Shown piece after piece: positions 18,430 to 27,419 of a DNA stretch of 49,284 nucleotides (the stretch's first letter is position 1; each line of letters begins with the position of its first letter). Source of the DNA: an uncultured Elusimicrobiaceae bacterium (GTDB lineage Bacteria > Elusimicrobiota > Elusimicrobia > Elusimicrobiales > UBA9959); the NCBI GenBank assembly GCA_964622585.1, contig CAZUQT010000004.1, positions 1 through 49,284 of the forward strand. The letters are read 5' to 3'. Both the position numbers and the translations under genes were made by a program. Under the pieces are notes generated by a model that worked only from the letters and a program-made list of their open reading frames with translations, was not told where the DNA came from and ran no database searches.

Positions 18430-19167
18430 ATGGATATTACAACACTGCTGGGATTTGCCGGGGCGGTAGCTCTGATAGCAGCCGGAGTAGCGGGCAACCA
18501 GATTTCGTCCTCGCTTATAAATATGCACGGGCTGGTGGTCGTTTTCGGGGGCACCCTGGTCGCCACGCTCATAAACACTCCGCTGAAATTCGTCACCCGC
18601 GCGGTGACGGAGCTGAGCTGGATCTTTAAGGAAAACGGCGAGGCCTCACCGGAAAAACTGATCCCGGTGCTGGTCAGCCTGGCCGAGCAGGCCCGGCAGC
18701 GCGGTTTTTCCGCTCTTAAAGAAGCCGATCCGAAGCTGGCCGACGGATTTTTAAACAGGGCCGCCACCGCGGCACTGGAATACAGCGATTCCAATTTCGT
18801 CAGGCAGGTGCTGGAGCAGGAGATCAACCAGAACGTGGACGATATGAACGAAGTGACCAACGTCTACCGCACGATGGGGGTAATGTCGCCCATGTTCGGC
18901 TTACTCGGGACCCTTATCGGCATTGTGGAAGTACTAAAGGACCTTGCCAACCCCGAGAGCGTCGGTCCGGCCATGGCCGTGGCCATAACCTCGGCCTTTT
19001 ACGGCATTCTTTTCGCTAACGTGGTCTGCGTGCCCATCTCAGGCAAAATGAGGGCCAAGGTCTGGATGGAAGTGCGCATGAAATCCATGATACTTGAAGG
19101 TATACTGGAAATTATGAAAGGCAGCGTGCCGCTGGTGGTTGAAAGGCGGCTGCAGTCTTTTTTGTAA
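18430..19167 (+). CDS. motA: MotA/PomA-family stator A subunit
   Basis: MDITTLLG, VVFGGT, ARQRG, SPMFGLLGTLIG, GPAMAVA...FYG...N...PISGK. Confidence 0.88.
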   Translation: MDITTLLGFAGAVALIAAGVAGNQISSSLINMHGLVVVFGGTLVATLINTPLKFVTRAVTELSWIFKENGEASPEKLIPVLVSLAEQARQRGFSALKEADPKLADGFLNRAATAALEYSDSNFVRQVLEQEINQNVDDMNEVTNVYRTMGVMSPMFGLLGTLIGIVEVLKDLANPESVGPAMAVAITSAFYGILFANVVCVPISGKMRAKVWMEVRMKSMILEGILEIMKGSVPLVVERRLQSFL

Positions 19168-19181
19168 GGAGGGTAAATAGT

Positions 19182-20708
19182 ATGAGATATATGATCAAAA
19201 ATCCATTTATTCGTTTCGTCGCCTCGCTAGCAGTGCTCGCGGCGCCGGCGCTTCTGCGCCCGGCACCGCTTAGCGCCCAGTCGATGCCGTTCGAGGATAA
19301 AGCCAGGTACGAGCGCACACTGGAGCAGAAGGCCGACGAAGTGCTGGTGCGGCTGCTGGGGCCGAACCAGGCCAAGGTGGTGGTGGAAACCGTAATGGAC
19401 TTTAACCGCACCGAGAAACTCGAGTTCGCGCCTAAAGAGAAGACAGAGCCGTTCAAATGGCAAGCCGCCGGCGGCGACGCCCAGTCCGGCGACTACCTGC
19501 TCCCTGGTTTTCCTGCCGCCGCTTCCTCAGGCGGGGATGAAAAGAGGTCCTACAGCCGCCAGATGCTTTACCCGTCGGCTTTTATCAAGCGGATGTCTGT
19601 GAGCATAATACTTAACCGCGATTTGCCCGAGGCGGACGCGGAAAACGTGCGCAGGGTGGTTTCGGAAATACTTATGCTCGATGTTAAGAGGGGGGACCAG
19701 CTTACGGTGCTGAAGGCGCCGTTCGCGCCGTTGTGGCGCACCATCTGGTACACTCCCGAGACCGTCAGCCTGGTACTGAAATACATAATGCTGGGCGTGA
19801 TGGGGATCATCTCCATAGTCGTGGTCGCCATAGGGTTCCTTAAACTGGCCGGCGCGATGAGCACGATGGCGAAGGTGCAGCAGAGCCACCAGATCACTAT
19901 GGACCTGGGGAAAGGCGCCGGGCCCGGCGGGTCGGACCTACCGGCGCTGGGCCTGGGCAGTCCTGTGGATACGGTCAGGTCCGCACGCGATAAACAGGAG
20001 GATGCCGGGCAGCCCGAGAACGGCGAAGTGGTCTTTAATGTCAGGCCGGCGCAGGTCCCGTTCCTGATTAATATGATGGTGAACGAGGATCCGGCCAATG
20101 TGGCGCTGGTGGCCGGCCACCTGCCTCCTGACGTGCGCGGTGAATTCCTCAGGAAGCTTCCCTCAGCTTTCTCCTCCGACGTGATCATCAGCATGAGTAA
20201 AATACGTTTTGTAGAGCCGGATGTCATAAATACGCTCAAGGACGAGTTGGAAAGGCGGCTGAGCGGGACAGTCGGGGGAATAGAAGGGGCGCTGAACGCC
20301 ATTGGAAGCGTGAACCTGCGCGCCAGGCTGGGAATGCTCACGGAACTTCAGAATAAGCAGCCGGAACTGGCCGCTGAAGTCAGGCGGCACCTGCTTCTGC
20401 CGGAAGATCTCGCCATGTTGGCGGAGAAAGACCTTTCACTCATGGTCAGCGCGATTAAGGTTGAGGAATGGTCTTCTGCCCTTTTCGAACTGCCGGATAC
20501 CGTAAGGCAGAAGATTAAAGGACAAATGGCGGAAAGGACCTGGCTGATGGTAGAGCAGAGCATGAGCTATGGCACACCGTCGGCAAGGAAAACGGAAGAG
20601 GCTATGGAGCGCATAATGGCCAAGGCGGCGGAGTTGATAAAGGAAGGCCGTATAGCCAATCCACTGGATGGGCTGCGCATGATAACCGGCGATCAGCCGG
20701 CGGCTTAG
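19182..20708 (+). CDS. Fusion of a FliF C-terminal ring domain (RBM3-like), a TM helix and FliG middle/C-terminal domains
   Basis: Signal peptide; ERTLEQKADEVLVRLLGPNQAKVVV..DFNRTE...IKRMSVSIILN...RGDQLTV (FliF_C-like); TM helix; EDPA (EHPQ-like), GG linker, PELAAEVRRHLLLPEDL and EGRI (FliG-like). Confidence 0.82.
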   Translation: MRYMIKNPFIRFVASLAVLAAPALLRPAPLSAQSMPFEDKARYERTLEQKADEVLVRLLGPNQAKVVVETVMDFNRTEKLEFAPKEKTEPFKWQAAGGDAQSGDYLLPGFPAAASSGGDEKRSYSRQMLYPSAFIKRMSVSIILNRDLPEADAENVRRVVSEILMLDVKRGDQLTVLKAPFAPLWRTIWYTPETVSLVLKYIMLGVMGIISIVVVAIGFLKLAGAMSTMAKVQQSHQITMDLGKGAGPGGSDLPALGLGSPVDTVRSARDKQEDAGQPENGEVVFNVRPAQVPFLINMMVNEDPANVALVAGHLPPDVRGEFLRKLPSAFSSDVIISMSKIRFVEPDVINTLKDELERRLSGTVGGIEGALNAIGSVNLRARLGMLTELQNKQPELAAEVRRHLLLPEDLAMLAEKDLSLMVSAIKVEEWSSALFELPDTVRQKIKGQMAERTWLMVEQSMSYGTPSARKTEEAMERIMAKAAELIKEGRIANPLDGLRMITGDQPAA

Positions 20709-20717
20709 AGAGGACCT

Positions 20718-22253
20718 ATGGAAACACAGATAAATAAAAATTCGGTTTTCTCCGGAATATTTCCATCCGGCGAACCCGCGCCCCAGCCCGCTCACGTTAC
20801 GCAGGCGCCTAAACCCGCCGTTTCAGATGAACAGGTGGCCGCGTTGAATAAAAAAATAGAGGAGATGGAGCGTAATATAGTGGGGCAGCTTGAGAAAAAA
20901 CTTTCGGAACACGTTCCTCCTCCCCCTTCGCCGCCCCCGTCCGCCCTGGCGCCGGCGGTGCTATTAAAGATGACGGAAATGGAGAACCGTCTGAAAGACT
21001 TTCAGGAAAGATTCCTTCTTGGCGCCGCGCAGGCGAAAAACATGGAGGAATCTAAAATAGGAGCCCGCCGCGAAATAGCGGACCTGCTGAAGGTGGTGCG
21101 CGAGCAGCAGAAGTATTCGGAGCTGGACCGGCAGATGCACGACCAGCTTGAAAAAGCCTGGTCGCGCGTGGAGGAGATGGAGAAAAGGATGATGGAGGTT
21201 TATACCGCGGCGGCTAAAAAGCCGGCTGAGCCCGCCGCGCAGGCGGCCTCTCCGGCGGAAATAGCCGCCGAGGTGAGGAAAGCCGTGAACGCCGGGTTTG
21301 AAGAGCGTTTGAAACCCCTGGAGACCGCGCTGAAAAATGCCGCCGCTCAACTATCGGCGGAAATGCCCGCTGAGGTGTCTAAAGCCGTAGCGCTCGGTGT
21401 CGACGGACGCCTGGCGCCTTTGGAGACCTTGCTGGCAAGTGTTGCCGCAAAGAACGAGGCCGCCTCATCGACGTCGCGTGGAATAGCGGGTCGGGTTGCG
21501 GAGCTTTCGGAAGCGGTAGACGTCCGGCTTGCCGGTTTCTCGGCGGAAATACGTCAGCTGCATATTGAGGCTTTTGCCGGGAAGGAACGGGTGGAGGATA
21601 TCTTGGCGGAAGTAAAAAAAGATGTTCTTTCCTCGGTCAAGGAGGCTTTCGCGGAAAGCGGCGGCGCGATCGTAAGGCATATAGATACCATCGCCATTGA
21701 TGAACGTGAGAGACTGGACGAGCTGGGGAAGATGCTTGTTGCCCATGTTGACGAACTTGCCGCTCGCGGCAGGGATGCCGCGGTGAAAATAGATGTACTG
21801 GAAAGTTATGTTAAATCGGGAAATGAGAGCGTAGTCTCAGCGGTATCATCTGCGCGGCAGCAGCTTGAGAAGGCTCTGCTCGCGCGTATTGACGAAGCGG
21901 CATTCCGGGCCGCAGCGGAAAACGCCGCGCAACTTGAAAAAATTAAAGGGGCGTTCGGATTGGCGGCCTCGCACACCTCCGCTTTAGCCGCTGTGGCGGA
22001 AAGCATTTCGGGAATTGAAGCCGGTCTGGGTGGCACGCTTGCCTGCCTGAAAGCATTTGTTAAGGACCTGGAACCGGTAAACCTGGAGGCTGTGCTCGGT
22101 GTTTCAGGCGCTATTATACGCAGGAGCTTTGAATCCGCAGGCGAGCTGGCGGCCGGACTGGAAAGAGAAACGGTTCTGCTCGCCAGAGCAAAGGGTGAAA
22201 TAGAGGCGAACCTGAAAAGTCTGGCCCATAAATCCGGCGGGGAGGGGAAATGA
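20718..22253 (+). CDS. Cytoplasmic coiled-coil protein with Pro-rich linkers
   Basis: GAGGA RBS, heptad-rich helical sequence, PPPPSPPP linker, no TM helix. Confidence 0.75.
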   Translation: METQINKNSVFSGIFPSGEPAPQPAHVTQAPKPAVSDEQVAALNKKIEEMERNIVGQLEKKLSEHVPPPPSPPPSALAPAVLLKMTEMENRLKDFQERFLLGAAQAKNMEESKIGARREIADLLKVVREQQKYSELDRQMHDQLEKAWSRVEEMEKRMMEVYTAAAKKPAEPAAQAASPAEIAAEVRKAVNAGFEERLKPLETALKNAAAQLSAEMPAEVSKAVALGVDGRLAPLETLLASVAAKNEAASSTSRGIAGRVAELSEAVDVRLAGFSAEIRQLHIEAFAGKERVEDILAEVKKDVLSSVKEAFAESGGAIVRHIDTIAIDERERLDELGKMLVAHVDELAARGRDAAVKIDVLESYVKSGNESVVSAVSSARQQLEKALLARIDEAAFRAAAENAAQLEKIKGAFGLAASHTSALAAVAESISGIEAGLGGTLACLKAFVKDLEPVNLEAVLGVSGAIIRRSFESAGELAAGLERETVLLARAKGEIEANLKSLAHKSGGEGK

Positions 22254-23122
22254 CGGGCGAAGAGTCTGTATTCTCCTGTGTTAAGCGTCAGGACATCCCT
22301 GCTGAGGCTGCGCGCCGCGCGCCTCCAGCCGCTCCGCCGCCCCCGGCGCAACAGCAGCAGTCGGACAGTCTGGACGTAAAAATAGCGGACTTTGATATAA
22401 AGTTGAAAGAGCTGGAAGCCGCCTCTTTAACTTCGGCGACTTCCGGCCGGAAGGTGGAGCACCTGGAGAAGACTATAGCTGAACTTGGCGGAATTCTCGA
22501 GGGTTACCGGCTGAAAAACCAGGATGAGAAAGACGCTTTTATCCCGTACCTCGAACAGTTAAGAAAAGACATATCCGCGGTTTGTTACAGGCTGGCGGCG
22601 GTGGAAGGATCGGGACAGCGGTTCGCCGCGGCGGATTTAACCGGGATTTCCGTGAATGTTAACCTGTTTGAGCGGCGTCTGAAAAAGCTTGAGACTGGAA
22701 TTTCCTCCGAACTTGCGGAGCGTTTTTCCGCGCTTGATTCCGCGTTCGGCGAGACGTCGCGGAAGGCCGGCTTGGCGCATGAAACGGCTTTTGGAAATGC
22801 GCGGCGTGTTGACAAGGTCGAGGAACGAGTGGCCAGGCTGGCCTATGTGGAGAGCCGGATGATCAGTATTGAGGGCAAATTGGAGAGGATAAACGAGTGT
22901 GACGCACTTGTGCAGGCGCTAAGGGTAAGCGTGGAGGGCATGGAAAAGAATGTGAATTTCGTTCTGCACGAAGCCGCCGGTATTTCTGGCGAGCAGAATA
23001 GAATAGGTTCCGATTTTGAATCGCTCTCGCGGCAGGTTAAACAGTTGACCGCATTGTTTAATCATTTCCGGAGGGAACTGGCGTTTTTAATCCCTAAAAA
23101 ACAGGAAAGCGGCGGCCAATAG
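22250..23122 (+). CDS. Coiled-coil protein
   Basis: ATGA overlap with the upstream gene, Pro/Gln-rich N-terminus, heptad pattern. Confidence 0.72.
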   Translation: MTGEESVFSCVKRQDIPAEAARRAPPAAPPPPAQQQQSDSLDVKIADFDIKLKELEAASLTSATSGRKVEHLEKTIAELGGILEGYRLKNQDEKDAFIPYLEQLRKDISAVCYRLAAVEGSGQRFAAADLTGISVNVNLFERRLKKLETGISSELAERFSALDSAFGETSRKAGLAHETAFGNARRVDKVEERVARLAYVESRMISIEGKLERINECDALVQALRVSVEGMEKNVNFVLHEAAGISGEQNRIGSDFESLSRQVKQLTALFNHFRRELAFLIPKKQESGGQ

Positions 23123-23134
23123 CCGGATGCGATT

Positions 23135-23827
23135 ATGAGCGTGCACAGGCAAAGACGTGACGAGGTAGAAAACCAGTTGAACAGGGGCGCTCTCTGGGCC
23201 GTAACCTATGGCGACCTGATGAGCTACCTGATGATATTCTTCCTGGTTCTGTTCTCCTTTTCCGTAGCCAAGACGGACAAGACGAAAAGCCGAAAGTACG
23301 AGGAGTCCTTGGGCAATATACAGAAGGCTTTCGGCGGCAAGGCGGATTCCCGTGGTCTTGAACGCGCCAAGGCTAAGGAAAAAGAGTCGCAGGTTGAGAC
23401 TAACTTAAAGGAATCAATGCAGGTGGGCGAACTGGCCAGCCTTGTCCAGGTCCAGTCCAGCGAGCGCAAAGTTAAGCTGGTGCTTACCGAGGGGGTGCTT
23501 TTCGCCTCCGGTAAATCCGATTTAAAGGAGCCCGCTAAAAAAGTGCTGGCCCCCATTGCAGCTGAGTTGAAAAAACTCCCGAATGATGTCCTGATCGAGG
23601 GACATACCGACAATGTGCCGATAAAAAATGGCAAATATACCTCCAACTGGGAACTCTCGATGGCCCGCGCCTACAGTGTGCTCCAGTTCATGCAGGAACA
23701 GGGCCTTCCAGCGAAACACCTGGCTGGCATAGGTTACGGGGATACCCGTCCGGTGGGAGACAACTCCAGCGCAGAAGGTCGCGCCAAAAACCGCCGGATA
23801 GAAATCTCATTGATGAAAGTGGACTAA
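23135..23827 (+). CDS. motB: MotB/PomB-family stator B subunit with an OmpA-like peptidoglycan-binding domain
   Basis: WAVTYGDLMSYL (conserved Asp), EGHTDNVP, SNWELSMARA and NRRIEI. Confidence 0.92.
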   Translation: MSVHRQRRDEVENQLNRGALWAVTYGDLMSYLMIFFLVLFSFSVAKTDKTKSRKYEESLGNIQKAFGGKADSRGLERAKAKEKESQVETNLKESMQVGELASLVQVQSSERKVKLVLTEGVLFASGKSDLKEPAKKVLAPIAAELKKLPNDVLIEGHTDNVPIKNGKYTSNWELSMARAYSVLQFMQEQGLPAKHLAGIGYGDTRPVGDNSSAEGRAKNRRIEISLMKVD

Positions 23828-23871
23828 CCTTTGACAGCGGTATCATCTTCCTGAGTATTTTTAAGCTTATT

Positions 23872-23895
23872 CCGGACAGCTCCTGCGCTGTCCGG
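23872..23895 (+). terminator. Hairpin after motB (possible terminator)
   Basis: CCGGACAGC/GCTGTCCGG 9-bp stem; U-tract is weak. Confidence 0.4.
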
Positions 23896-23908
23896 TTAGA
23901 GGTCTGCT

Positions 23909-23965
23909 GTAAGGTCTTAAAAATAAATTTAGTGGTTTATAGGGCGACTGGACCGTTACAATATT
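23909..23965 (+). promoter_or_regulatory. Promoter motif C (ATAAATTTAGTGG-N21-TACAAT), copy 1
   Basis: 46/57 ungapped identity to 39272-39328. Confidence 0.7.
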
Positions 23966-24165
23966 TGTGGCCCCATCTCGATACAGCCGGGTGGATGTTT
24001 ACACGGCTGGTGCTTTTAGTTCCGTTACGTTGGTTGGCTGGCCAATTTAAAGTCCCGTCGGGCTGTTTTGAGTCGCCCCGCCGGGGATTTGATTTGCCGG
24101 GTATTTTTTGTTATTCTCACGAAGGCGATGGGCCTCCCACGCCGGCGCGGCGAGACCGAACTGTT

Positions 24166-24918
24166 ATGATAAAAATGAACAGGCGCAAGATCTTGATAGT
24201 GGATGACGACAATGTCTGGTTGCGCTCCATAAGCAACTTTTTCAAATTCTTCAACTACGATGTCCGCACGGCGCTTACCTGTGCGGAGGGGCTCGAGGCA
24301 GCCCTGCAGCACCGGCCGAATTGCGTCCTGCTGGATTTCCACCTGCCCGACGCCGAGGCCGACTTATTTTGCACGCGTATAAGGGCGGACCAGAACCTGA
24401 AAAAGACGCCTATCATAATTGTAAGCGTCGACGGCGAGCAGGAGTGCGGTTCCTATTTGAAATGTGAGGCGGACGGTTTTGTTATGAAAGGCGGCCCCCT
24501 TAACACGATACGCATGATGGTGGAAAGCATGCTGCGCCGCGTATGCTGGGAACGAGGGATAATTGAAAAAGGGGATATCCGTCTCGAGACGGAAAATCTA
24601 ATGGTTTTCAGGGACTTAAAACCCTTTGCCCGCCTCTCCCTGGAACAGTTCCGGTTCCTTTTCCTTCTTATCGAAAAGAGCCCCTGTTTTGTCAGCGAGA
24701 ACGACATCCTGGAATTTGTCTTCAGCGCGTATATTGCCCCGGAAAAATTTGACTCTTTGCGCGGGCTGGCCAGCCGAATGCGCGCAAAACTCGGCCGGCG
24801 GCTGGGCAGGCGCATAAAATACAAGAGCTCCAGCGGCTGGATATATACGCAGCCGCGGGAAGATAAACGCAGAGCGGCGAAAGAGCGGCAGGCCGACAAA
24901 GACCTTTTCCACCAATAA
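24166..24918 (+). CDS. Response regulator, REC plus OmpR-like winged helix (start 24166 or 24175)
   Basis: KILIVDDD...LLDFHLPD receiver; C-terminal FRFLFLLIEK...LASRMRAKLG...GWIY. Confidence 0.85.
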   Translation: MIKMNRRKILIVDDDNVWLRSISNFFKFFNYDVRTALTCAEGLEAALQHRPNCVLLDFHLPDAEADLFCTRIRADQNLKKTPIIIVSVDGEQECGSYLKCEADGFVMKGGPLNTIRMMVESMLRRVCWERGIIEKGDIRLETENLMVFRDLKPFARLSLEQFRFLFLLIEKSPCFVSENDILEFVFSAYIAPEKFDSLRGLASRMRAKLGRRLGRRIKYKSSSGWIYTQPREDKRRAAKERQADKDLFHQ

Positions 24919-25105
24919 TTCCGCATTTAATTCTGCGACGGAAAACACGAAATCCGCTCACGCAGTTGTGATTTACTTTCACGCCTGTTAATTCTATATT
25001 AACTGCGCAGACAGGGGTATTGGGGGTAGAGTGCGGTCGTCGTATGAAAAAACGGCTCCCGGCGGACTTCCGAGCCGGGAGCCGCCTATTTCCAGGAGAA
25101 CTCTT

Positions 25106-27262
25106 ATGGACCAGGAAACAGACATACTTGTGGTGGAGGCCGTCCCCGCCCAGGCCGAACTGGCCGGGAATATACTGAAAAGAGAAAACTACAGGGTTTT
25201 CCGGGCCGAAGGCGCCGGCAAGGCACTGAAGATGCTGCGGGAACGCCGTTTCGCCATTATCCTGAGCGCTATAGAAATGCCCGGCATGAACGGTTATGAT
25301 CTCTGCCGCAAGGTCAAGGCGGACCCGTCCACGAAGGACATACCGCTCATACTGCTGACCACACTTTCCGGCCCGGGTGATATTATAGCCGTCCTCGAAT
25401 GCGGGGCGGATAACTTTATAGCCAGGCCCTTTGAAGCCGATTCCCTGCTCTCCTGGATAAAACACCATCTCTTGAGCATGGAACAGCGGAAGCCCGAAGG
25501 CGCCAGGACGGGGCTGGAATTCTTTTTCGCGGGTCACAGGCATTTCCTCTCTTCCGACAGGATGCAGCTACTTGATATTCTGCTCTCCACTTTTGAAACA
25601 GCCGTAAAGAAGAACCGGGAACTCGGGAAGGCGCGGCAGGAACTGGAAATCCTCAATAACTCCCTTGAGATGAAGGTGGCGGAGAGAACGGCCCACCTCA
25701 ACCGGGAAATAAAAACGCGTATCAAGGCCGAGGAAAAACTGCGCGGTGCTGTGCAGCGCGAGGAACTGTTACTGAGGACCCTGCCGGTGGTGTTCTTTTC
25801 CGCGAAGCAGGAAAAAGGCAGGCTGCATATAGAATGGATAAGCGAAGGCGTGGAAAAACTGTGCGGTTATAAACCCGGGGAATTCCTTGGCAAGCGTGAT
25901 TTGTGGTCGTCCCGTATACACCCTGAAGACAAAGAGCGGGTTATGGCGGATATCGCCCGGCTTGCAGTGGCGGGAACGATAAGCACCGAATACCGCTGGC
26001 TGATCAAAGGAGGCGGGTACCGCTGGGTCCTGGCCAGCGCCACCGGCACTGCGGGGCGCGTGCTAGGCCTCTGGCTGAATATTTCCGAAAGGAAAGCCCT
26101 GGAGCTCCAGTTCAGGCAGGCGCAGAAGATGGAGGCTGTCGGGAGACTGGCCGGCGGGGTGGCGCATGATTTCAATAACCTGCTCACAGCTATCGGCGGC
26201 TATGCGGGGTTCCTGCTGAAGAGCCTGACTCCGGGCGACGAAAGACGCGACGACGTAGTGGAGATAATAAAAGCCGCGGAAGGAGCTGCCTCGCTTACCA
26301 AGCAGCTTCTTGCGTTCAGCCGCCGGCAGGTATTCCAGCTGCGGGTGCTGGACTGCAACGCGGTTGTCTGCAACATGCAGAAGATGATGAAGCACCTTAT
26401 AGGCGAAAACATAGACCTGGTGCTCGACCTGGCAAAAGCGGAGACACGGATAAAGGCCGACCCGGGGCAGCTGGAACAGGTAATAATGAATTTGATAGTC
26501 AACGCCAGGGACGCCATGCCCAACGGCGGGAAGGTGACCATAAAGACGGAAAATATGGAGCTTGATGAAAAATATTCCAGGTTGCATATGGAGGTGCGCC
26601 GGGGCCCGCACGTAATGATCTCGGTGGCGGATACCGGCTGCGGAATGGATTCCGAAGTCATGTCGCATTTATTTGAACCGTTTTATACTACAAAGGAGGC
26701 AGGTAAAGGCACAGGGCTGGGTTTAGCCACTGTTTACGGCATAATAAAACAAAGCGGCGGGAACATCTATGTGTACAGCGAGCACGGCAGGGGCGCCACA
26801 TATAAAATTTACCTGCCGCGCGTAATGGAGGAAGTCGGGTCCGCAACCGCTCCGGCCCGGCCGAAAGCGCCGGGAGGTTCGGAAACCATCCTGCTCGCGG
26901 AAGACGACGACAGTATGCGCGGTTTCGCCCTGCGCGCGCTTCGGGAGAACGGCTACACTGTAATAGAGGCCCGCAATGCAGAAGAAGCCGCCAGGTTCTG
27001 TGAAGATAACGCCGCCAAGATCAGCCTGCTTCTGACCGACACCATTATGCCCGGGATGAACGGGTATGAATTGTACGGCCTGCTCGCAAAGCGCTGCTCG
27101 GGATTGAAGGTTATATTTATGTCCGGCTATCCCGACGCGGAACTTGTTAGCGCCCGACCCGCAGAAGAAAAACGTCCTTTCCTCCAAAAGCCGTTCAGCG
27201 CGGACGATCTGGCCGGGAAAGTGCGCGAGGTTCTGGATTCCCCGGCCGCAGCTAAGGCTTAA
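25106..27262 (+). CDS. Hybrid histidine kinase (atypical REC, PAS, HisKA, HATPase, REC; CckA-like core)
   Basis: AGGAG RBS; QAQKMEAVGRLAGGVAHDFNN, NARDAM, GTGLGL; C-terminal REC with LLTDTIMP. Confidence 0.92.
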   Translation: MDQETDILVVEAVPAQAELAGNILKRENYRVFRAEGAGKALKMLRERRFAIILSAIEMPGMNGYDLCRKVKADPSTKDIPLILLTTLSGPGDIIAVLECGADNFIARPFEADSLLSWIKHHLLSMEQRKPEGARTGLEFFFAGHRHFLSSDRMQLLDILLSTFETAVKKNRELGKARQELEILNNSLEMKVAERTAHLNREIKTRIKAEEKLRGAVQREELLLRTLPVVFFSAKQEKGRLHIEWISEGVEKLCGYKPGEFLGKRDLWSSRIHPEDKERVMADIARLAVAGTISTEYRWLIKGGGYRWVLASATGTAGRVLGLWLNISERKALELQFRQAQKMEAVGRLAGGVAHDFNNLLTAIGGYAGFLLKSLTPGDERRDDVVEIIKAAEGAASLTKQLLAFSRRQVFQLRVLDCNAVVCNMQKMMKHLIGENIDLVLDLAKAETRIKADPGQLEQVIMNLIVNARDAMPNGGKVTIKTENMELDEKYSRLHMEVRRGPHVMISVADTGCGMDSEVMSHLFEPFYTTKEAGKGTGLGLATVYGIIKQSGGNIYVYSEHGRGATYKIYLPRVMEEVGSATAPARPKAPGGSETILLAEDDDSMRGFALRALRENGYTVIEARNAEEAARFCEDNAAKISLLLTDTIMPGMNGYELYGLLAKRCSGLKVIFMSGYPDAELVSARPAEEKRPFLQKPFSADDLAGKVREVLDSPAAAKA

Positions 27263-27346
27263 CCCGAAAAGCACATCCGCGGCCGCCGCTTTATACCACC
27301 CGTCCCTCCTGCTTGCGGCTTTTGCGTCACCTTTATGTTAAAACTA

Positions 27347-27419
27347 TTGACATTTGTGGAGAGAATTGTATAAACTAACATATCTAACATATCTAATAAA
27401 TCTAACATATTTAATATAT
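27347..27419 (+). promoter_or_regulatory. Sigma70-type promoter followed by five tandem 9-bp repeats (CTAACATAT consensus)
   Basis: TTGACA at 27347, TATAAA/TAAACT at about 27369-27376; repeats at 27375-27419 run into the ATG. Confidence 0.75.

Noticed and set aside
18430-23827. Zorya (ZorAB) defence system, ExbBD/TolQR pair, or an ordinary flagellar operon
   Set aside because: MotA lacks the long ZorA tail and there are no ZorC/D/E genes. MotB has the flagellar-type TM motif and an OmpA domain. No axial, export or switch genes are in the window.
23932-24165. N-terminal extension of the 24166 regulator in the ORF track (likewise 25031, 15624, 9671, 13010, 15193)
   Set aside because: These extensions overlap promoter motifs or upstream genes; downstream ATGs fit the domain boundary or RBS better.
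27375-27419. Tandem repeats as a CRISPR array
   Set aside because: The units are 9 bp with no spacers, and there are no cas genes.
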